Of a stretch of 64,000 bases of DNA, positions 16,666-27,438 are shown in pieces (within the stretch, counting starts at the first letter, position 1; every line of letters starts with the position of its first letter). A program made the translations under genes and the position numbers. The stretch covers positions 13,410 through 77,409 of the forward strand of contig CAZEEU010000003.1 of assembly GCA_964511305.1 (NCBI GenBank), read 5' to 3'. Origin of the DNA: an uncultured Gammaproteobacteria bacterium (lineage in GTDB: Bacteria > Patescibacteriota > Microgenomatia > Levybacterales > GWA1-39-11). The notes beneath the pieces are model-generated. The model saw only the letters and a list, made by a program, of their open reading frames with translations, searched no databases and was not told the DNA's origin.

Positions 16666-17505
16666 TTAAGATTCCTGAAGCAAGCGGTCTATTAAATAGG
16701 CTACGCCATCATTCTCATAACTAGGTACTATTATGTCAGCTATTGCTTTAACCTCATCATGGCCATTTTGCATAACAACTTTTAAATTGGCTGCTTCAAG
16801 TAGAGGGAAGTCATTATAACCATCCCCTACTCCTACTATCCCTTCTCTTTTAACATCCAGTATTTCTATTAACTTGCTTACTCCATGGAGTTTTGAAGCT
16901 CTAACAGATGTTATATCCCATCCATAACCTGTTATGTGATTATGTGTTCTATGAATATTCAAATTGGAATGAGACGTCTCAAATTTATCCAAAAGCTTGT
17001 TGGCTTGCTCCATGTCAATATTCATTGCCCTGACTGCTATTTTCGGTACAGACTGTATGGTGAATTCTCTATATGGTTGTTGTATTACATTTGCGAATTC
17101 GAAAGGATAATTAAAAGTTGAGTACATAAAATTATCTATCGAAACCAAAAAGTCAAATTTGTTATCTTGCAAGAATCGCACAGTCTCATCAACAATATCT
17201 TTCTCGATTAAATCCTGGCTTAGATATTTACCAGTTACAGGGTCTATGATTTCCGCCCCTCCTCTCACAATTACAGGTGAGGTAAGCCCAAGCTTTTTAC
17301 ACTCTTCCTCTATCATGCCAAATTGTCGACCAGTTGCAATAGTAAACAACCTACCACTATCCATCCATCTTTTTACTGCATCGACAACAATAGGGGTGAC
17401 AATAAGATCTGCACCAGCAAGAGTACCATCAAAGTCACTGACGATAAGTTTGAATTTTGAAATCTCTTTTGGAAACCCACTATCCATTACATGTAATTTT
17501 ACCAC
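16666..17505 (-). CDS. HAD-superfamily hydrolase, Cof-type (HAD IIB) phosphatase
   Basis: DFDGTL motif I; GVGDGYNDFPLLEAANLKVVMQNG motifs III/IV. Confidence 0.8.
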   Translation of the reverse strand: MVKLHVMDSGFPKEISKFKLIVSDFDGTLAGADLIVTPIVVDAVKRWMDSGRLFTIATGRQFGMIEEECKKLGLTSPVIVRGGAEIIDPVTGKYLSQDLIEKDIVDETVRFLQDNKFDFLVSIDNFMYSTFNYPFEFANVIQQPYREFTIQSVPKIAVRAMNIDMEQANKLLDKFETSHSNLNIHRTHNHITGYGWDITSVRASKLHGVSKLIEILDVKREGIVGVGDGYNDFPLLEAANLKVVMQNGHDEVKAIADIIVPSYENDGVAYLIDRLLQES

Positions 17506-17546
17506 GCAATTGCAGCAGAAGATTCATTTAGGTTATAGTAATCTCT

Positions 17547-18545
17547 ATGTCAGATGTACCAGATTCCATAGAAAACCAACCAACGCTTCCGCACTATCCT
17601 GAGCTCCATGAAATGCAGGATTATTTCGACATACGTACCAAAACCGATCCTCAAAAAACTTCGGGAATAGCAGTTAGTAATGACGCATGGGGAAATAAAG
17701 TCTATGCATCTCTTAACAAAACCGAGGACACAATGGCAGGAGAACAACCTGCAACCCTTATTGCATCCAGCGAGGGGAGACGAGTTTTACTATGTAATTC
17801 TGGCCTTCTCAGAAAAATCCAAACAGGCGATATACCACTTGAAGGGATAAAATTTCAAAGCAATATCTATCCAATAGAACTTGATACACCTGAGGGGAAA
17901 AGAAAGTTTGTGCTTAAATACGCCGACTATAAGAACATGGAAAAATATAAAACCCATGTTTCAGGCATTGAGGCTATGAGAATAATGCAAATGGCATCAA
18001 AAGAACAACCTTTGCCTGGCGTGTCATATGCTGTACCGCTCCTTGCTACGCATGACTTTACCATTGCTCCACTGCTTTATGAAGGGCTTGCCTTGGATGA
18101 AATGATAGGATATCTCGATGAAGAGAGCAATGAATATCGAAGAGAACGTATTGAAACAGCATGGAACCGCTCTCCTGAAGCCGTCAAAACTCTCCGCCTA
18201 CTTAAAGAAGAAAATAAAACACCGATCGGTAGGAATTTTCTTAGTGCAATTTGGGATGAGACAAACTGGGCATCACAAAAGGCAAGAAAGTGGATTGAAA
18301 AAACAGTTGAAAAAACACCAGAATTTCAAGCATTCAAATTGCATAATGACTTTGGTGCACATCAATACGTTATAGATATGAGCAATCTAATGGATCTTTA
18401 TGAGAAATATAAGTCACAACCTGAAGAATGGAGAGTTGATGATGGTTTTGGCGAAGAACTTATGAAAATTCTTGGTGTAGTAGAGATGATTCATGCCTTT
18501 GAGCCGAATATGACATCAGTTACTCCTCTTTGGGAACGAAGTTAG
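17547..18545 (+). CDS. hypothetical protein; possibly a protein-kinase-like / phosphotransferase fold
   Basis: 332 aa. No secure domain. [18 protein letters not shown] resembles the HxDxxxxN...D catalytic-loop/DFG arrangement of APH/ePK-like kinases, and FVLKYADYK could carry the beta3 Lys. Speculative. Confidence 0.4.
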   Translation: MSDVPDSIENQPTLPHYPELHEMQDYFDIRTKTDPQKTSGIAVSNDAWGNKVYASLNKTEDTMAGEQPATLIASSEGRRVLLCNSGLLRKIQTGDIPLEGIKFQSNIYPIELDTPEGKRKFVLKYADYKNMEKYKTHVSGIEAMRIMQMASKEQPLPGVSYAVPLLATHDFTIAPLLYEGLALDEMIGYLDEESNEYRRERIETAWNRSPEAVKTLRLLKEENKTPIGRNFLSAIWDETNWASQKARKWIEKTVEKTPEFQAFKLHNDFGAHQYVIDMSNLMDLYEKYKSQPEEWRVDDGFGEELMKILGVVEMIHAFEPNMTSVTPLWERS

Positions 18546-20649
18546 ACTTTGCTTTGATTTGCTCTTGGATCTGTACAGGGACTTCTTCATAGTGAGATGG
18601 TTCCATGTACGCATTTGCACGACCCTGAGTAAGAGATCTTAACGTCGTGATATACCCAGAAAGTTCTGCAAGAGGAACTTGTGCCAAAATAATTCTTGAA
18701 TTTCCACGCTCTTCCGATCCTGAAATTTGAGCTCTTTTTGCTGATAGGTCTCCAATAACGTCTCCCATAAATTCATCAGGGGTTGTTACTTCAACCTTCA
18801 TGATAGGCTCAAGTAGAGTTACTTCAGCTTTTCTAGCACCTGCTTGAAAAGCCTGAGAACCTGCGATCTTAAATGCAATCTCAGAAGAGTCAACGTCATG
18901 ATACGTTCCGTCATAAAGAGTTACTTTTACGTCAACGAGTGGATATCCAAACATAACTCCTCGCTCCATTGCTTCCTTAACACCTTTTTCAACTGGAGGA
19001 ATAAATTCTGCAGGAATAGCTCCTCCCTTAATAGCATTTACAAATTCAAATCCCTCTCCTCTAGGCTTTGATTCAACTGTTAAAAGAACGTGACCATATT
19101 GTCCTCTTCCTCCGGTTTGCTTAATGTACTTAAACTCTGAATTTGCTTGGCCTTTTATTGTTTCTTTATACGCAACTTGAGGAGCTCCTACATTTGCTTC
19201 AACTCCCATTTCTCTCTTCATGCGCTCAACCATAATTTCAAGCTGAAGCTCTCCAACACCTGACATGATTGTTTGTCCTGTTTCATGATTGATCTTAACG
19301 GTAAAAGTAGGATCTTCCTCCATGAGTCTCTTCATGGCAGCTCCCAATTTTTCCTGATCTGACTTTGTTTTAGGCTCAATTGCGAGTGAAATAACTGGAT
19401 CTCTAAAGGTAATTTTCTGAAGAACAATTGGTTTTGCTTCATCACAAAGAGTGTCTCCAGTTATCGTGTCTTTAAATCCAACTATTGCTACAATCTCTCC
19501 AGCAAAAGCTTCTTTAATTTCTTCTCTTTGATTTGCATGCATGAGAAGAAGTCTTCCAACACGCTCTTTGATATCTTTTGTTGAGTTATATGCATAACTT
19601 CCCGAAACAATCTTTCCTGAATAAATACGGACATAAGTAATTTTTCCTACATGAGGATCGACTTGTACTTTAAATGCAAATCCGGTGAATGCTTCTTCTG
19701 GATTTAAGTTTCTTGTTTCTTCTTGCTCGGTCTTTGGATTCATTCCGGTTACTGTTTTAAGATCAAAAGGAGATGGTAGAAAATCAATTACAGCATCAAG
19801 AAGTGGCTGTACGCCCTTATTTCTCAAAGATGTTCCGGCAAAAACAGGAACAACCTTGTATGCAATAGTTGCAGCTCTTAAAGCAGCTTTTAGCTCATCG
19901 TAACCAATTTCTTCTCCGTTGAGGTATTTTTCAAGTAAGGCGTCATCAGTCTCAGCAATCTTTTCAATCATCTGCTCACGGTATTTCTTGACCATGTCAG
20001 CCATTCCATCTGGAATTTCATCTAGAACCTCAAAGCTAGCACCAAGTTCTTCGCCACTCCAAATATATGACTTTTGATCTAGGACATGATAGATACCCTT
20101 GAAATCATTTTCAGCTCCAATTGGAAGTCCAATTGTGATTGGATTTGCCCCTAGTCTGTCAATAACTGATTGGATTGTCTTTTCATAATCAGCTCCTAAT
20201 TTATCCATTTTGTTAATGAAACAAATTCTAGGAACGTTGTATTTATCAGCCTGTCTCCAAACGGTTTCGGATTGTGACTGAACTCCTTCTTCTGCGTCCA
20301 AAACAGTAATTGCTCCGTCAAGAACACGAAGAGATCTTTCAACTTCAGCTGTAAAGTCTACGTGACCGGGAGTATCAATAAGGTTGAATCTGTGGTCTTT
20401 CCAAAATGTAGTTGTAGCAGCTGACACGATAGTGATCCCTCTTTCTCTTTCCTGATCCATCCAGTCCATAGTTGCTGCTCCTTCATGAACTTCTCCAATT
20501 TTATAAGTACGTCCTGTGTAGTAAAGAATACGCTCAGAAGTTGTTGTTTTACCTGCATCAATATGCGCGATAATTCCAAAATTTCGGATTTTGTCTAATG
20601 CGACATTTCTGTCTTTTGTAACTGTTGTTTGTGGGGCTGTGCCTGCCAT
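18520..20649 (-). CDS. fusA: translation elongation factor G
   Basis: [23 protein letters not shown], full 709-aa EF-G. Confidence 0.95.
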   Translation of the reverse strand: MAGTAPQTTVTKDRNVALDKIRNFGIIAHIDAGKTTTSERILYYTGRTYKIGEVHEGAATMDWMDQERERGITIVSAATTTFWKDHRFNLIDTPGHVDFTAEVERSLRVLDGAITVLDAEEGVQSQSETVWRQADKYNVPRICFINKMDKLGADYEKTIQSVIDRLGANPITIGLPIGAENDFKGIYHVLDQKSYIWSGEELGASFEVLDEIPDGMADMVKKYREQMIEKIAETDDALLEKYLNGEEIGYDELKAALRAATIAYKVVPVFAGTSLRNKGVQPLLDAVIDFLPSPFDLKTVTGMNPKTEQEETRNLNPEEAFTGFAFKVQVDPHVGKITYVRIYSGKIVSGSYAYNSTKDIKERVGRLLLMHANQREEIKEAFAGEIVAIVGFKDTITGDTLCDEAKPIVLQKITFRDPVISLAIEPKTKSDQEKLGAAMKRLMEEDPTFTVKINHETGQTIMSGVGELQLEIMVERMKREMGVEANVGAPQVAYKETIKGQANSEFKYIKQTGGRGQYGHVLLTVESKPRGEGFEFVNAIKGGAIPAEFIPPVEKGVKEAMERGVMFGYPLVDVKVTLYDGTYHDVDSSEIAFKIAGSQAFQAGARKAEVTLLEPIMKVEVTTPDEFMGDVIGDLSAKRAQISGSEERGNSRIILAQVPLAELSGYITTLRSLTQGRANAYMEPSHYEEVPVQIQEQIKAKSNFVPKEE

Positions 20650-20791
20650 ATATTTTTGGTCAAAAAAACGACCTCGAAAGGTCTTATGAGTTATTCTATC
20701 AAATTGAGGTGAAAAAAGAAAGCGGAAATTGATTTCTAACTAGCTTGAACCAATACGAAATAATTGCCAAACGATAATCACCAAGTCTCGA

Positions 20792-22339
20792 CTACTCCCA
20801 CTCCATAGTGGCTGGAGGCTTCGTAGATATATCGTAAACTACACGAGAGACAGCAGGCACTTCATTTACTATGCGTGATGATATCGTCTGCAAAACATCA
20901 TAAGGAAGACGTGACCACGTTGAAGTCATAACGTCATTACTTTCAACAACACGCAAAGCAACTACTTCAGAAAAGCTTCTCCCATCCCCCTTAACTGCAG
21001 TAGACATTGCACCAGTCATAACAGGAAAAGATATAAATACTTTATCCAATAACTTTGCTTTTTCCAATTCCTCAAGAACAATAATATCTGCCTTTTCCTC
21101 CATCTTAAGCCTTTCCTCTGTCACCTCTCCACGAATTCTGACAGCATATCCTGGTCCAGGGAAAGGCTGCTTATACACAAATTCTTTTGGCAGATCCATC
21201 TTAAGACCAATTGCCCTCACTTCATCTTTATAAAATTCTCTGACGGGCTCGAGTAACTTCATTCTCATGTGCTTTGGTAGACCACCTACATTATGATGAG
21301 ATTTAATTTTTGAGGAATGCTTCGTGCCTTTGCTCTCAATAACATCAGAATAAATGGTTCCTTGCATGAGAAATTCGGGCTTAACCCCACTTTTTTCGAG
21401 TCGATCCAGCTCTCTTTCAAATATTTCTATATAGTGTCTCCCTATGATTTTTCTTTTTGTTTCAGAATCCTTTATGCCTTTGAGAAGAACTAGCATTTCA
21501 GCTCTCACATCAATAATTACTGGCTTTATACCAATATGCTCAAATATTGCTTTTACATGATCTGTAGTTCCATGGCGCATGAGGCCATTGTCTACGTAGA
21601 TGGGGTAGAAATGGTCTCCAATTGCTTTTGCGGTAAGAACTGCCGCAACCGTACTGTCAACTCCTCCGCTGACCGCACCAATAACATAGCTATCTCCTAC
21701 TTTTTCTTTTATATCCTCAACAAGAGTTAGCGGGGAAATTGTCTGCTTACCTACTGTGATTCCACAAATTGTCAGGAAATTTCTTAATAATTCTAGCCCA
21801 AAATCTGTATGCTCTACCTCGGGGTGAAATTGCAACCCAAACATTTTTTTCTTCACATCCCCAACGACCGCAAATTTCATATTTTTAGTTGTCCCAAAGA
21901 CCTTCATCCCGGTTGGCACTTTTACAATTTCGTCTCCATGACTCATCCAAGCTGTAAATCTTGGCAATACATTGCGGCAAAATAGTACTTCTTTCCCTCG
22001 TATTGAAAGGTCTACCTTCACCGGACCGTACTCTTTTCTTCCCTGAACGACAGCCCCACCATTGAGATGCGCTATAAGCTGCAATCCGTAACATATTCCA
22101 AGAAGAGGAATACCTAAGGAAAATATCACAGGATCAATAGTTGGCGCACCATCTTCATAGACAGAAGCAGGACCCCCTGAGAGTATTATTCCTTTAGGTT
22201 CTGGGAATATATCTGGACGGAATTTATGAGGTTCAATTATAGAGACTGGAACGCCTAATTCTTTAATCCGTCGGGCAATTAAGTGAGTTGTTTGTGAACC
22301 AAAATCAATAATTAAAATCATAATGGGGGACAGAGTCAA
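20792..22339 (-). CDS. guaA: GMP synthase (glutamine-hydrolysing)
   Basis: N-terminal GATase (ICYGLQL), ATP-PPase SGGVDSTV, C-terminal dimerisation domain. Confidence 0.95.
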   Translation of the reverse strand: MTLSPIMILIIDFGSQTTHLIARRIKELGVPVSIIEPHKFRPDIFPEPKGIILSGGPASVYEDGAPTIDPVIFSLGIPLLGICYGLQLIAHLNGGAVVQGRKEYGPVKVDLSIRGKEVLFCRNVLPRFTAWMSHGDEIVKVPTGMKVFGTTKNMKFAVVGDVKKKMFGLQFHPEVEHTDFGLELLRNFLTICGITVGKQTISPLTLVEDIKEKVGDSYVIGAVSGGVDSTVAAVLTAKAIGDHFYPIYVDNGLMRHGTTDHVKAIFEHIGIKPVIIDVRAEMLVLLKGIKDSETKRKIIGRHYIEIFERELDRLEKSGVKPEFLMQGTIYSDVIESKGTKHSSKIKSHHNVGGLPKHMRMKLLEPVREFYKDEVRAIGLKMDLPKEFVYKQPFPGPGYAVRIRGEVTEERLKMEEKADIIVLEELEKAKLLDKVFISFPVMTGAMSTAVKGDGRSFSEVVALRVVESNDVMTSTWSRLPYDVLQTISSRIVNEVPAVSRVVYDISTKPPATMEWE

Positions 22340-22414
22340 TGGAGCGTTTCATAATTTAATATATTCGAATCGTATATCAGTGTCAATTGCGTATGTGTTT
22401 GATACAATACCCGT

Positions 22415-23512
22415 ATGTTTGAAAGTAGAATAAAGTCCCTCCAAGACAATCTTTCTGACCACGAAATTGAAGCCCTGCTTATTACATCTCCCTATAACAT
22501 TGCGTATTTATCTGGTATTCATGCTTTTTCTATCGAAGAACGCGAAGCGCGCATTCTTATAACCAAAAAGTCAATTTATCTATTTACCGACGCAAGATAC
22601 ACAGAAATGGTTAGAACTAATGCACCATTTATAGAACTCTCTGAAATTTCTTCAGATAATCCTTTCTCAAGAGCATTTCAAAAAGCAGCCGAAAACGAAA
22701 GCCTTAAGGAAATTGGTTTTGAAGAGGAATCAATTACCTATAAAGAGGCTGCTGATCTTGAGGAGAAATTTAGCAACATAGAATTTATCCCGACTGTTGA
22801 TATCGTAGAGGATGTGCGAACCATAAAGGATAGCGCCGAAGCAGAAAATGTAAAAAAAGCGTGCCAACTCACTGACAAAGCATATGCTTTTATATTGAAA
22901 GCATTAGCACCTGGAGTTACCGAAACCGAAGTTAAGGCACAATTAGAAAATTTCATGAGACTTGAAGGAGGCGACCTATCCTTTTCCTCAATTGTTGCTT
23001 TTGGCAAGAATTCAGCAATACCACATCATCTGTCCAACGGCACAAGGCTTCAAGAAGAAGATATTGTACTTCTCGACTTTGGAGCAAAAATTGGGGGATA
23101 TTGTAGTGATATGACCCGCACTGTATTTCTTGGAGAACCCACTGAAGAAATGCACAAAATTTACCATGCAACTCTTGAAGCACAAGAAGTAGCAATTGAT
23201 TACATACGCACTCACATGAAGGAAGAATTCGAGCTGAAAAAAGCTCACGAGATTGCCAATAGTCATCTCAATAAGCTTGAATATCCAGATATCCCCCACA
23301 GCCTCGGTCATGGAGTTGGGCTTCAAGTACATGAAATGCCGATGGTGTCCCCATATTCTGATGAAAAATTAGCCCCCGGGATGGTAATTACCGTTGAACC
23401 AGGAATTTACAAAGCAGGACTTGGAGGAGTCAGAATTGAAGACACATGCTTGGTTACTACTAACGGTATTGAAATTTTAACTAACTCAAGCAAAACTCTT
23501 ATCACTCTTTAG
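22415..23512 (+). CDS. M24B Xaa-Pro aminopeptidase / prolidase
   Basis: Creatinase-like N-domain plus the pita-bread domain with the HGVGLQVHE metal site. Confidence 0.85.
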   Translation: MFESRIKSLQDNLSDHEIEALLITSPYNIAYLSGIHAFSIEEREARILITKKSIYLFTDARYTEMVRTNAPFIELSEISSDNPFSRAFQKAAENESLKEIGFEEESITYKEAADLEEKFSNIEFIPTVDIVEDVRTIKDSAEAENVKKACQLTDKAYAFILKALAPGVTETEVKAQLENFMRLEGGDLSFSSIVAFGKNSAIPHHLSNGTRLQEEDIVLLDFGAKIGGYCSDMTRTVFLGEPTEEMHKIYHATLEAQEVAIDYIRTHMKEEFELKKAHEIANSHLNKLEYPDIPHSLGHGVGLQVHEMPMVSPYSDEKLAPGMVITVEPGIYKAGLGGVRIEDTCLVTTNGIEILTNSSKTLITL

Positions 23513-23615
23513 ATATAACATCCCACAATTTTTAAGCTTTAATTACTAATTTCTAGGCAAAGTTTGGAAATTTAGAGTAATTAGAATAATTAGGTAAATT
23601 AGAAATTCAAGGAGG

Positions 23616-24341
23616 TTGACTCGTCAACTGATTTGTTGTATTTTAATTGACGTGAACAAAGTCCCATTTGTCGTTATAGGCATACTCTTGCTAACTGCAG
23701 TTTTTGTTGCAGCTTTTTCAAGCAATGATGGTAAAAATCCTCTAGACGCTCTAGGAGATGTATCTCCAACGCCTTCTTTCAAACTCAATAATACTCAGAA
23801 TGATCAAAATGCTCAGCAGCAACAAGCACAACAACAAGCACAACCAACCCAGCAAGTTGTTCCTACAACCCCAGTATCTGATATACTATCTGCCACAGTG
23901 ATAACTATACACACAGCCAAAGGAGATATTGTTCTTGATCTTTATCCAAATGACGCTCCAAAAACAGTTCAAAATTTTGCAACCCATGCAAAAAAGGGGT
24001 ATTACAATGGCCTCACATTCCATAGAGTAGAACCTGGATTTGTTATTCAAGGAGGGGATCCAAATGGCAACGGAACAGGAGGCTACTCTATTTTTGGTGC
24101 AACTTTTGCGGATGAATTAAATCCTGATACTGAAAGCTACAAAGCCGGTTACCAAGAAGGAGTACTTGCCATGGCAAATAGAGGACCAAATACAAATGGG
24201 TCACAATTTTTCATTATGCTTGCAGATAACACAACACTACCAAAAAATTACACAATTTTTGGCAAAGTTAAGGAAGGTATGGATGTAGTTAAGCAAATCG
24301 TAAAAGGTGACAAAATGACAACCGTAGAAGTTGTTGAATAG
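23616..24341 (+). CDS. membrane-anchored cyclophilin-type peptidyl-prolyl cis-trans isomerase with a Q-rich linker
   Basis: [22 protein letters not shown]...FFIMLAD is the cyclophilin core. The track start is TTG abutting the SD; the true start could instead be GTG at ~23652. Confidence 0.85.
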   Translation: MTRQLICCILIDVNKVPFVVIGILLLTAVFVAAFSSNDGKNPLDALGDVSPTPSFKLNNTQNDQNAQQQQAQQQAQPTQQVVPTTPVSDILSATVITIHTAKGDIVLDLYPNDAPKTVQNFATHAKKGYYNGLTFHRVEPGFVIQGGDPNGNGTGGYSIFGATFADELNPDTESYKAGYQEGVLAMANRGPNTNGSQFFIMLADNTTLPKNYTIFGKVKEGMDVVKQIVKGDKMTTVEVVE

Positions 24342-24782
24342 TTATTGAAATAAGAATTTCATAAATAACCACGCTGAAGCAATTACCCCTATAACGCTTA
24401 ATGATTGCCATGTAGTTTGCATTACAATCCATGTCTCTTCTCCTTTGAACCACTTTTTTGGCCACAATGTATGAGGCGCATTTCTGTGTGCATGTGCAAA
24501 TTGCTCCAAGAACCAATAAATCTGTTCACCAATAGAACGTATAGTCCAGAATACTGAAAAAATAAGGAGAAAAAGAATCCATTGCTGAAAAAGGAGACAA
24601 AAAAGTGTGACAACGGCAAAGAAAAGTCCAAATACCACAGCATCAATCCACACAAAAACCCCAATTGGCAAAAACCACTTTACCAATCCAAAAGGATTCT
24701 TCTTTTTTCTTACCCCAAGAACAAGCGCAATAACCGAATAACAAAAGAAAGCCACGAGAAATATATTTGAAAAAGTATTCAT
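24342..24782 (-). CDS. hypothetical polytopic membrane protein (146 aa)
   Basis: Four hydrophobic segments; no recognisable family. Confidence 0.4.
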   Translation of the reverse strand: MNTFSNIFLVAFFCYSVIALVLGVRKKKNPFGLVKWFLPIGVFVWIDAVVFGLFFAVVTLFCLLFQQWILFLLIFSVFWTIRSIGEQIYWFLEQFAHAHRNAPHTLWPKKWFKGEETWIVMQTTWQSLSVIGVIASAWLFMKFLFQ

Positions 24783-24814
24783 AAAGTAAAAGGGATTATA
24801 CCAAAAAAGCGATT

Positions 24815-26419
24815 TTGTTAGGTTTTTGTGAGGTAGCGGTGAAGCACAGCCCTACCCTCGGGCATACAATAGCCTTAATTATGAGTGAATTCGCACCAAC
24901 CATAGCACAACCAATAACAAATGGTGCTCCCACACAACCAATGGGGGCTGAAAATTTTTCTTCCTTTTCCTCAAGAGGGATATTCAAGGATATCCGTTCT
25001 AATTCAAGTGAAGGAATTATTGATATCAATAATGGAATGGATAAAGATTCTGAATTTCAACGATCAGAATCTTTTGAGACGCAAGTTCAGGACAGTCAGT
25101 CTCTTTTTGATATTTCAAATCCTCATCAAGAGCAAGGAATTGGAAATTTTGATCAACCAGCACAAAGCACGGAGACTAATACAACTAAACAAGAGGATGA
25201 AGGAGCAGTAACACATAGTGATAAAAATAAGGAGTTCACTGACATGCTTTCCAACTCAACTGTGCTCTGGGAAAGTCCAACTTCAAAATTAAAAGGATAT
25301 AGAACTCAAGAAACACCTGCTCAGAGCACTGAAAAACCAACTCTTTTAAAAGAAAATGCAGAGCAAACGATTGAGACAGCATCTGACGCATCTACCCAAC
25401 TGGAAGCTTCTGAAGCTACAACTAAAGTAGAACAACAGAATTCTATTTCGCAAAACACATTAACAGCATCAACAGCTCAACCAGAAAATATAAGCGCTCT
25501 TGCTACTGAAGACCAAACTCAAGCCGAGGCATCTGTTCAACCAAAAACCGAAGTGTCTTCTGAGCAAGCAACGAATATTGCATCTGTTACACATGTAGAG
25601 GCCACTCCCACTGACTCACCCCAACTTCAACCTGAAGTTCGTACGCAAATAGAAACTACTACTACAGCTCTTGAAGCAGTAAGAGAAGAGGTAAGACTAA
25701 TGCCCGACACAAAAGAGGTAACAGTTACTCTTACTCAACCGTTGCCAGAACTACAAAAACAAGCAAAAACCCAAGTAATGGATAAAGACGCTCTTGAGAA
25801 AATGCTCGCAACAGAAAAAGTTCAAAAAACTAAGGTTCAAACCGAAAAGGAACTTGATACAAAAGCAACTCCTACCATGAAAGGGAAAGAAGTAGCAGGT
25901 CTTGAAGAAGAGGATGAAGATGAAACAACTATTACTATTACAAAAGCATGGTTTGAAGAAGATGTAGTAGCCAATAAAAATAGGAGACTAGAAATAGTTA
26001 AAGCATATGCTTTAGTGCACTATAAGTGGCTTAGACAGTACATTTCAAGAATCGATGGGTCAGCGGTCGCGGATACTATTAAAAAACACCGGGATCGAGA
26101 GAAGCTTGAAAGCCAGTCGATAAAGCGTATTCAAAGGGATGGCTCAGTTGACCCATTTGCAGAAACAATTGAAAAAGCAAAGCACATCGAGGAACTAGAC
26201 GAATTAGATTCATTATTGGATGATGCCGAGAAAGAATACTCAGGAACTAACTTTACTACAAAACCAACTGAGGAAATAGTGGATGGAGAACAAATAGATC
26301 GCGTCCACAATGGAGAAGAGGAGTTTTATGCAAATCTTGACGGAGAAGAAGTAAAAGTTATTATGAATGGAGCAAGAAATGCCAAAAAACCAGTGTTTAT
26401 AAAGGTAGAAATGGAATAA
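24815..26419 (+). CDS. acidic S/T/Q/E-rich intrinsically disordered protein with a structured C-terminal ~150 aa; hypothetical
   Basis: 534-aa ORF from a TTG start; the first ATG (MSEFAPT) is at 24881. Low-complexity composition, no TM or signal peptide. Confidence 0.45.
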   Translation: MLGFCEVAVKHSPTLGHTIALIMSEFAPTIAQPITNGAPTQPMGAENFSSFSSRGIFKDIRSNSSEGIIDINNGMDKDSEFQRSESFETQVQDSQSLFDISNPHQEQGIGNFDQPAQSTETNTTKQEDEGAVTHSDKNKEFTDMLSNSTVLWESPTSKLKGYRTQETPAQSTEKPTLLKENAEQTIETASDASTQLEASEATTKVEQQNSISQNTLTASTAQPENISALATEDQTQAEASVQPKTEVSSEQATNIASVTHVEATPTDSPQLQPEVRTQIETTTTALEAVREEVRLMPDTKEVTVTLTQPLPELQKQAKTQVMDKDALEKMLATEKVQKTKVQTEKELDTKATPTMKGKEVAGLEEEDEDETTITITKAWFEEDVVANKNRRLEIVKAYALVHYKWLRQYISRIDGSAVADTIKKHRDREKLESQSIKRIQRDGSVDPFAETIEKAKHIEELDELDSLLDDAEKEYSGTNFTTKPTEEIVDGEQIDRVHNGEEEFYANLDGEEVKVIMNGARNAKKPVFIKVEME

Positions 26420-26436
26420 AATTCAGAATCGGGAGA

Positions 26437-26916
26437 TTAAAATCTAAAATGTGCGAAGGCTTTGTTGGCGTCTGCCATTTTGTGTACTGAGTCTCTTTTT
26501 CTTATTGCTTCACCTTCATTATTAAGAGCTGCAATGATCTCTGAAGCTAATTTCTCTGAAAAACTCTTATAATCAGTGTTAGGTTTTTTTCTTGTTGCGT
26601 CAAGCAACCATCGGATTGAAAGTGAAACTTTTCTTGCTCCTCTTACTTCCATAGGAACCTGATAAGCAGCTCCTCCGACTCTTTTTGCTCTAACTTCTTG
26701 TCTTGGAGCGATAGCATCAAGTGCTTTTTCGAAAGACTGAATTGGGTCCATACCCTTCTCCTTAAGGATATCCAATGCATTATAAACGTTCTTCTGGGCA
26801 ACGGTTTTTTTGCCGTCTTCCATAACATTATTTATGAATTTTGAAAGCAAAGTAGATCCATAAATAGGATCTGGATTCATTTTTCTTTTTTCAACTGTTT
26901 TATGTCCTCTTGGCAT
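26437..26916 (-). CDS. rpsG: 30S ribosomal protein S7
   Basis: Full-length S7 (MPRGHKTVEKRK...). Confidence 0.95.
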   Translation of the reverse strand: MPRGHKTVEKRKMNPDPIYGSTLLSKFINNVMEDGKKTVAQKNVYNALDILKEKGMDPIQSFEKALDAIAPRQEVRAKRVGGAAYQVPMEVRGARKVSLSIRWLLDATRKKPNTDYKSFSEKLASEIIAALNNEGEAIRKRDSVHKMADANKAFAHFRF

Positions 26917-26921
26917 ATATA

Positions 26922-27347
26922 CTAAGCGGCTGCTGCGCCGCCTCCTTTCTTTGCTCCATACTTACTTCTTGATGTCTTTCTTCCCTGTACACCAGCAAGG
27001 TCAAATTTACCTCTAACTAAATGGTATTTTACACCTGGCAAGTCTTTTACACGACCACCGCGTACTAAGACAATTCCGTGTTCTGCTAGATTGTGTCCAA
27101 CTCCTTGAATGTATGCGGTAACTTCTTCTCTGTTTGAAAGCTTAACGCGAGCCACTTTACGAAGAGCTGAATTAGGCTTTTTTGGAGTCATTGTTCTAAC
27201 CAAAGTGACTACACCTCTTTTTTGTGGAGATGGATTCTCTGTATAGGCTCTATTTTTTGCATTAAAAATAGTTCGCAAACCAGTTGCTTTGATTTTCTTG
27301 CCTTTTTTGGCTCTTCCTTTTTTAACTAATTGATTAAGTGTTGGCAT
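26922..27347 (-). CDS. rpsL: 30S ribosomal protein S12, with a short Gly/Ala-rich C-terminal extension
   Basis: [12 protein letters not shown]...[15 protein letters not shown]; ends ...[14 protein letters not shown]. Confidence 0.95.
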   Translation of the reverse strand: MPTLNQLVKKGRAKKGKKIKATGLRTIFNAKNRAYTENPSPQKRGVVTLVRTMTPKKPNSALRKVARVKLSNREEVTAYIQGVGHNLAEHGIVLVRGGRVKDLPGVKYHLVRGKFDLAGVQGRKTSRSKYGAKKGGGAAAA

Positions 27348-27357
27348 ATTTTAATTA

Positions 27358-27418
27358 GGGTTTAGTTCCTAGGGTTTAGATTTTTTAAATTTTTTTTCTA
27401 AACGCTAAACGCTAAACG
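27358..27418. repeat. GGGTTTAG x2 and CTAAACG x3 tandem motifs forming mutually complementary inverted repeats in the rpoC-rpsL intergenic spacer
   Basis: agggtttagttcctagggtttag ... ctaaacgctaaacgctaaacg; on the minus-strand transcript GCGUUUAG x3 can pair with CUAAACCC x2. Confidence 0.6.
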
Positions 27419-27438
27419 CTTGTGTTGTATTATATCTC

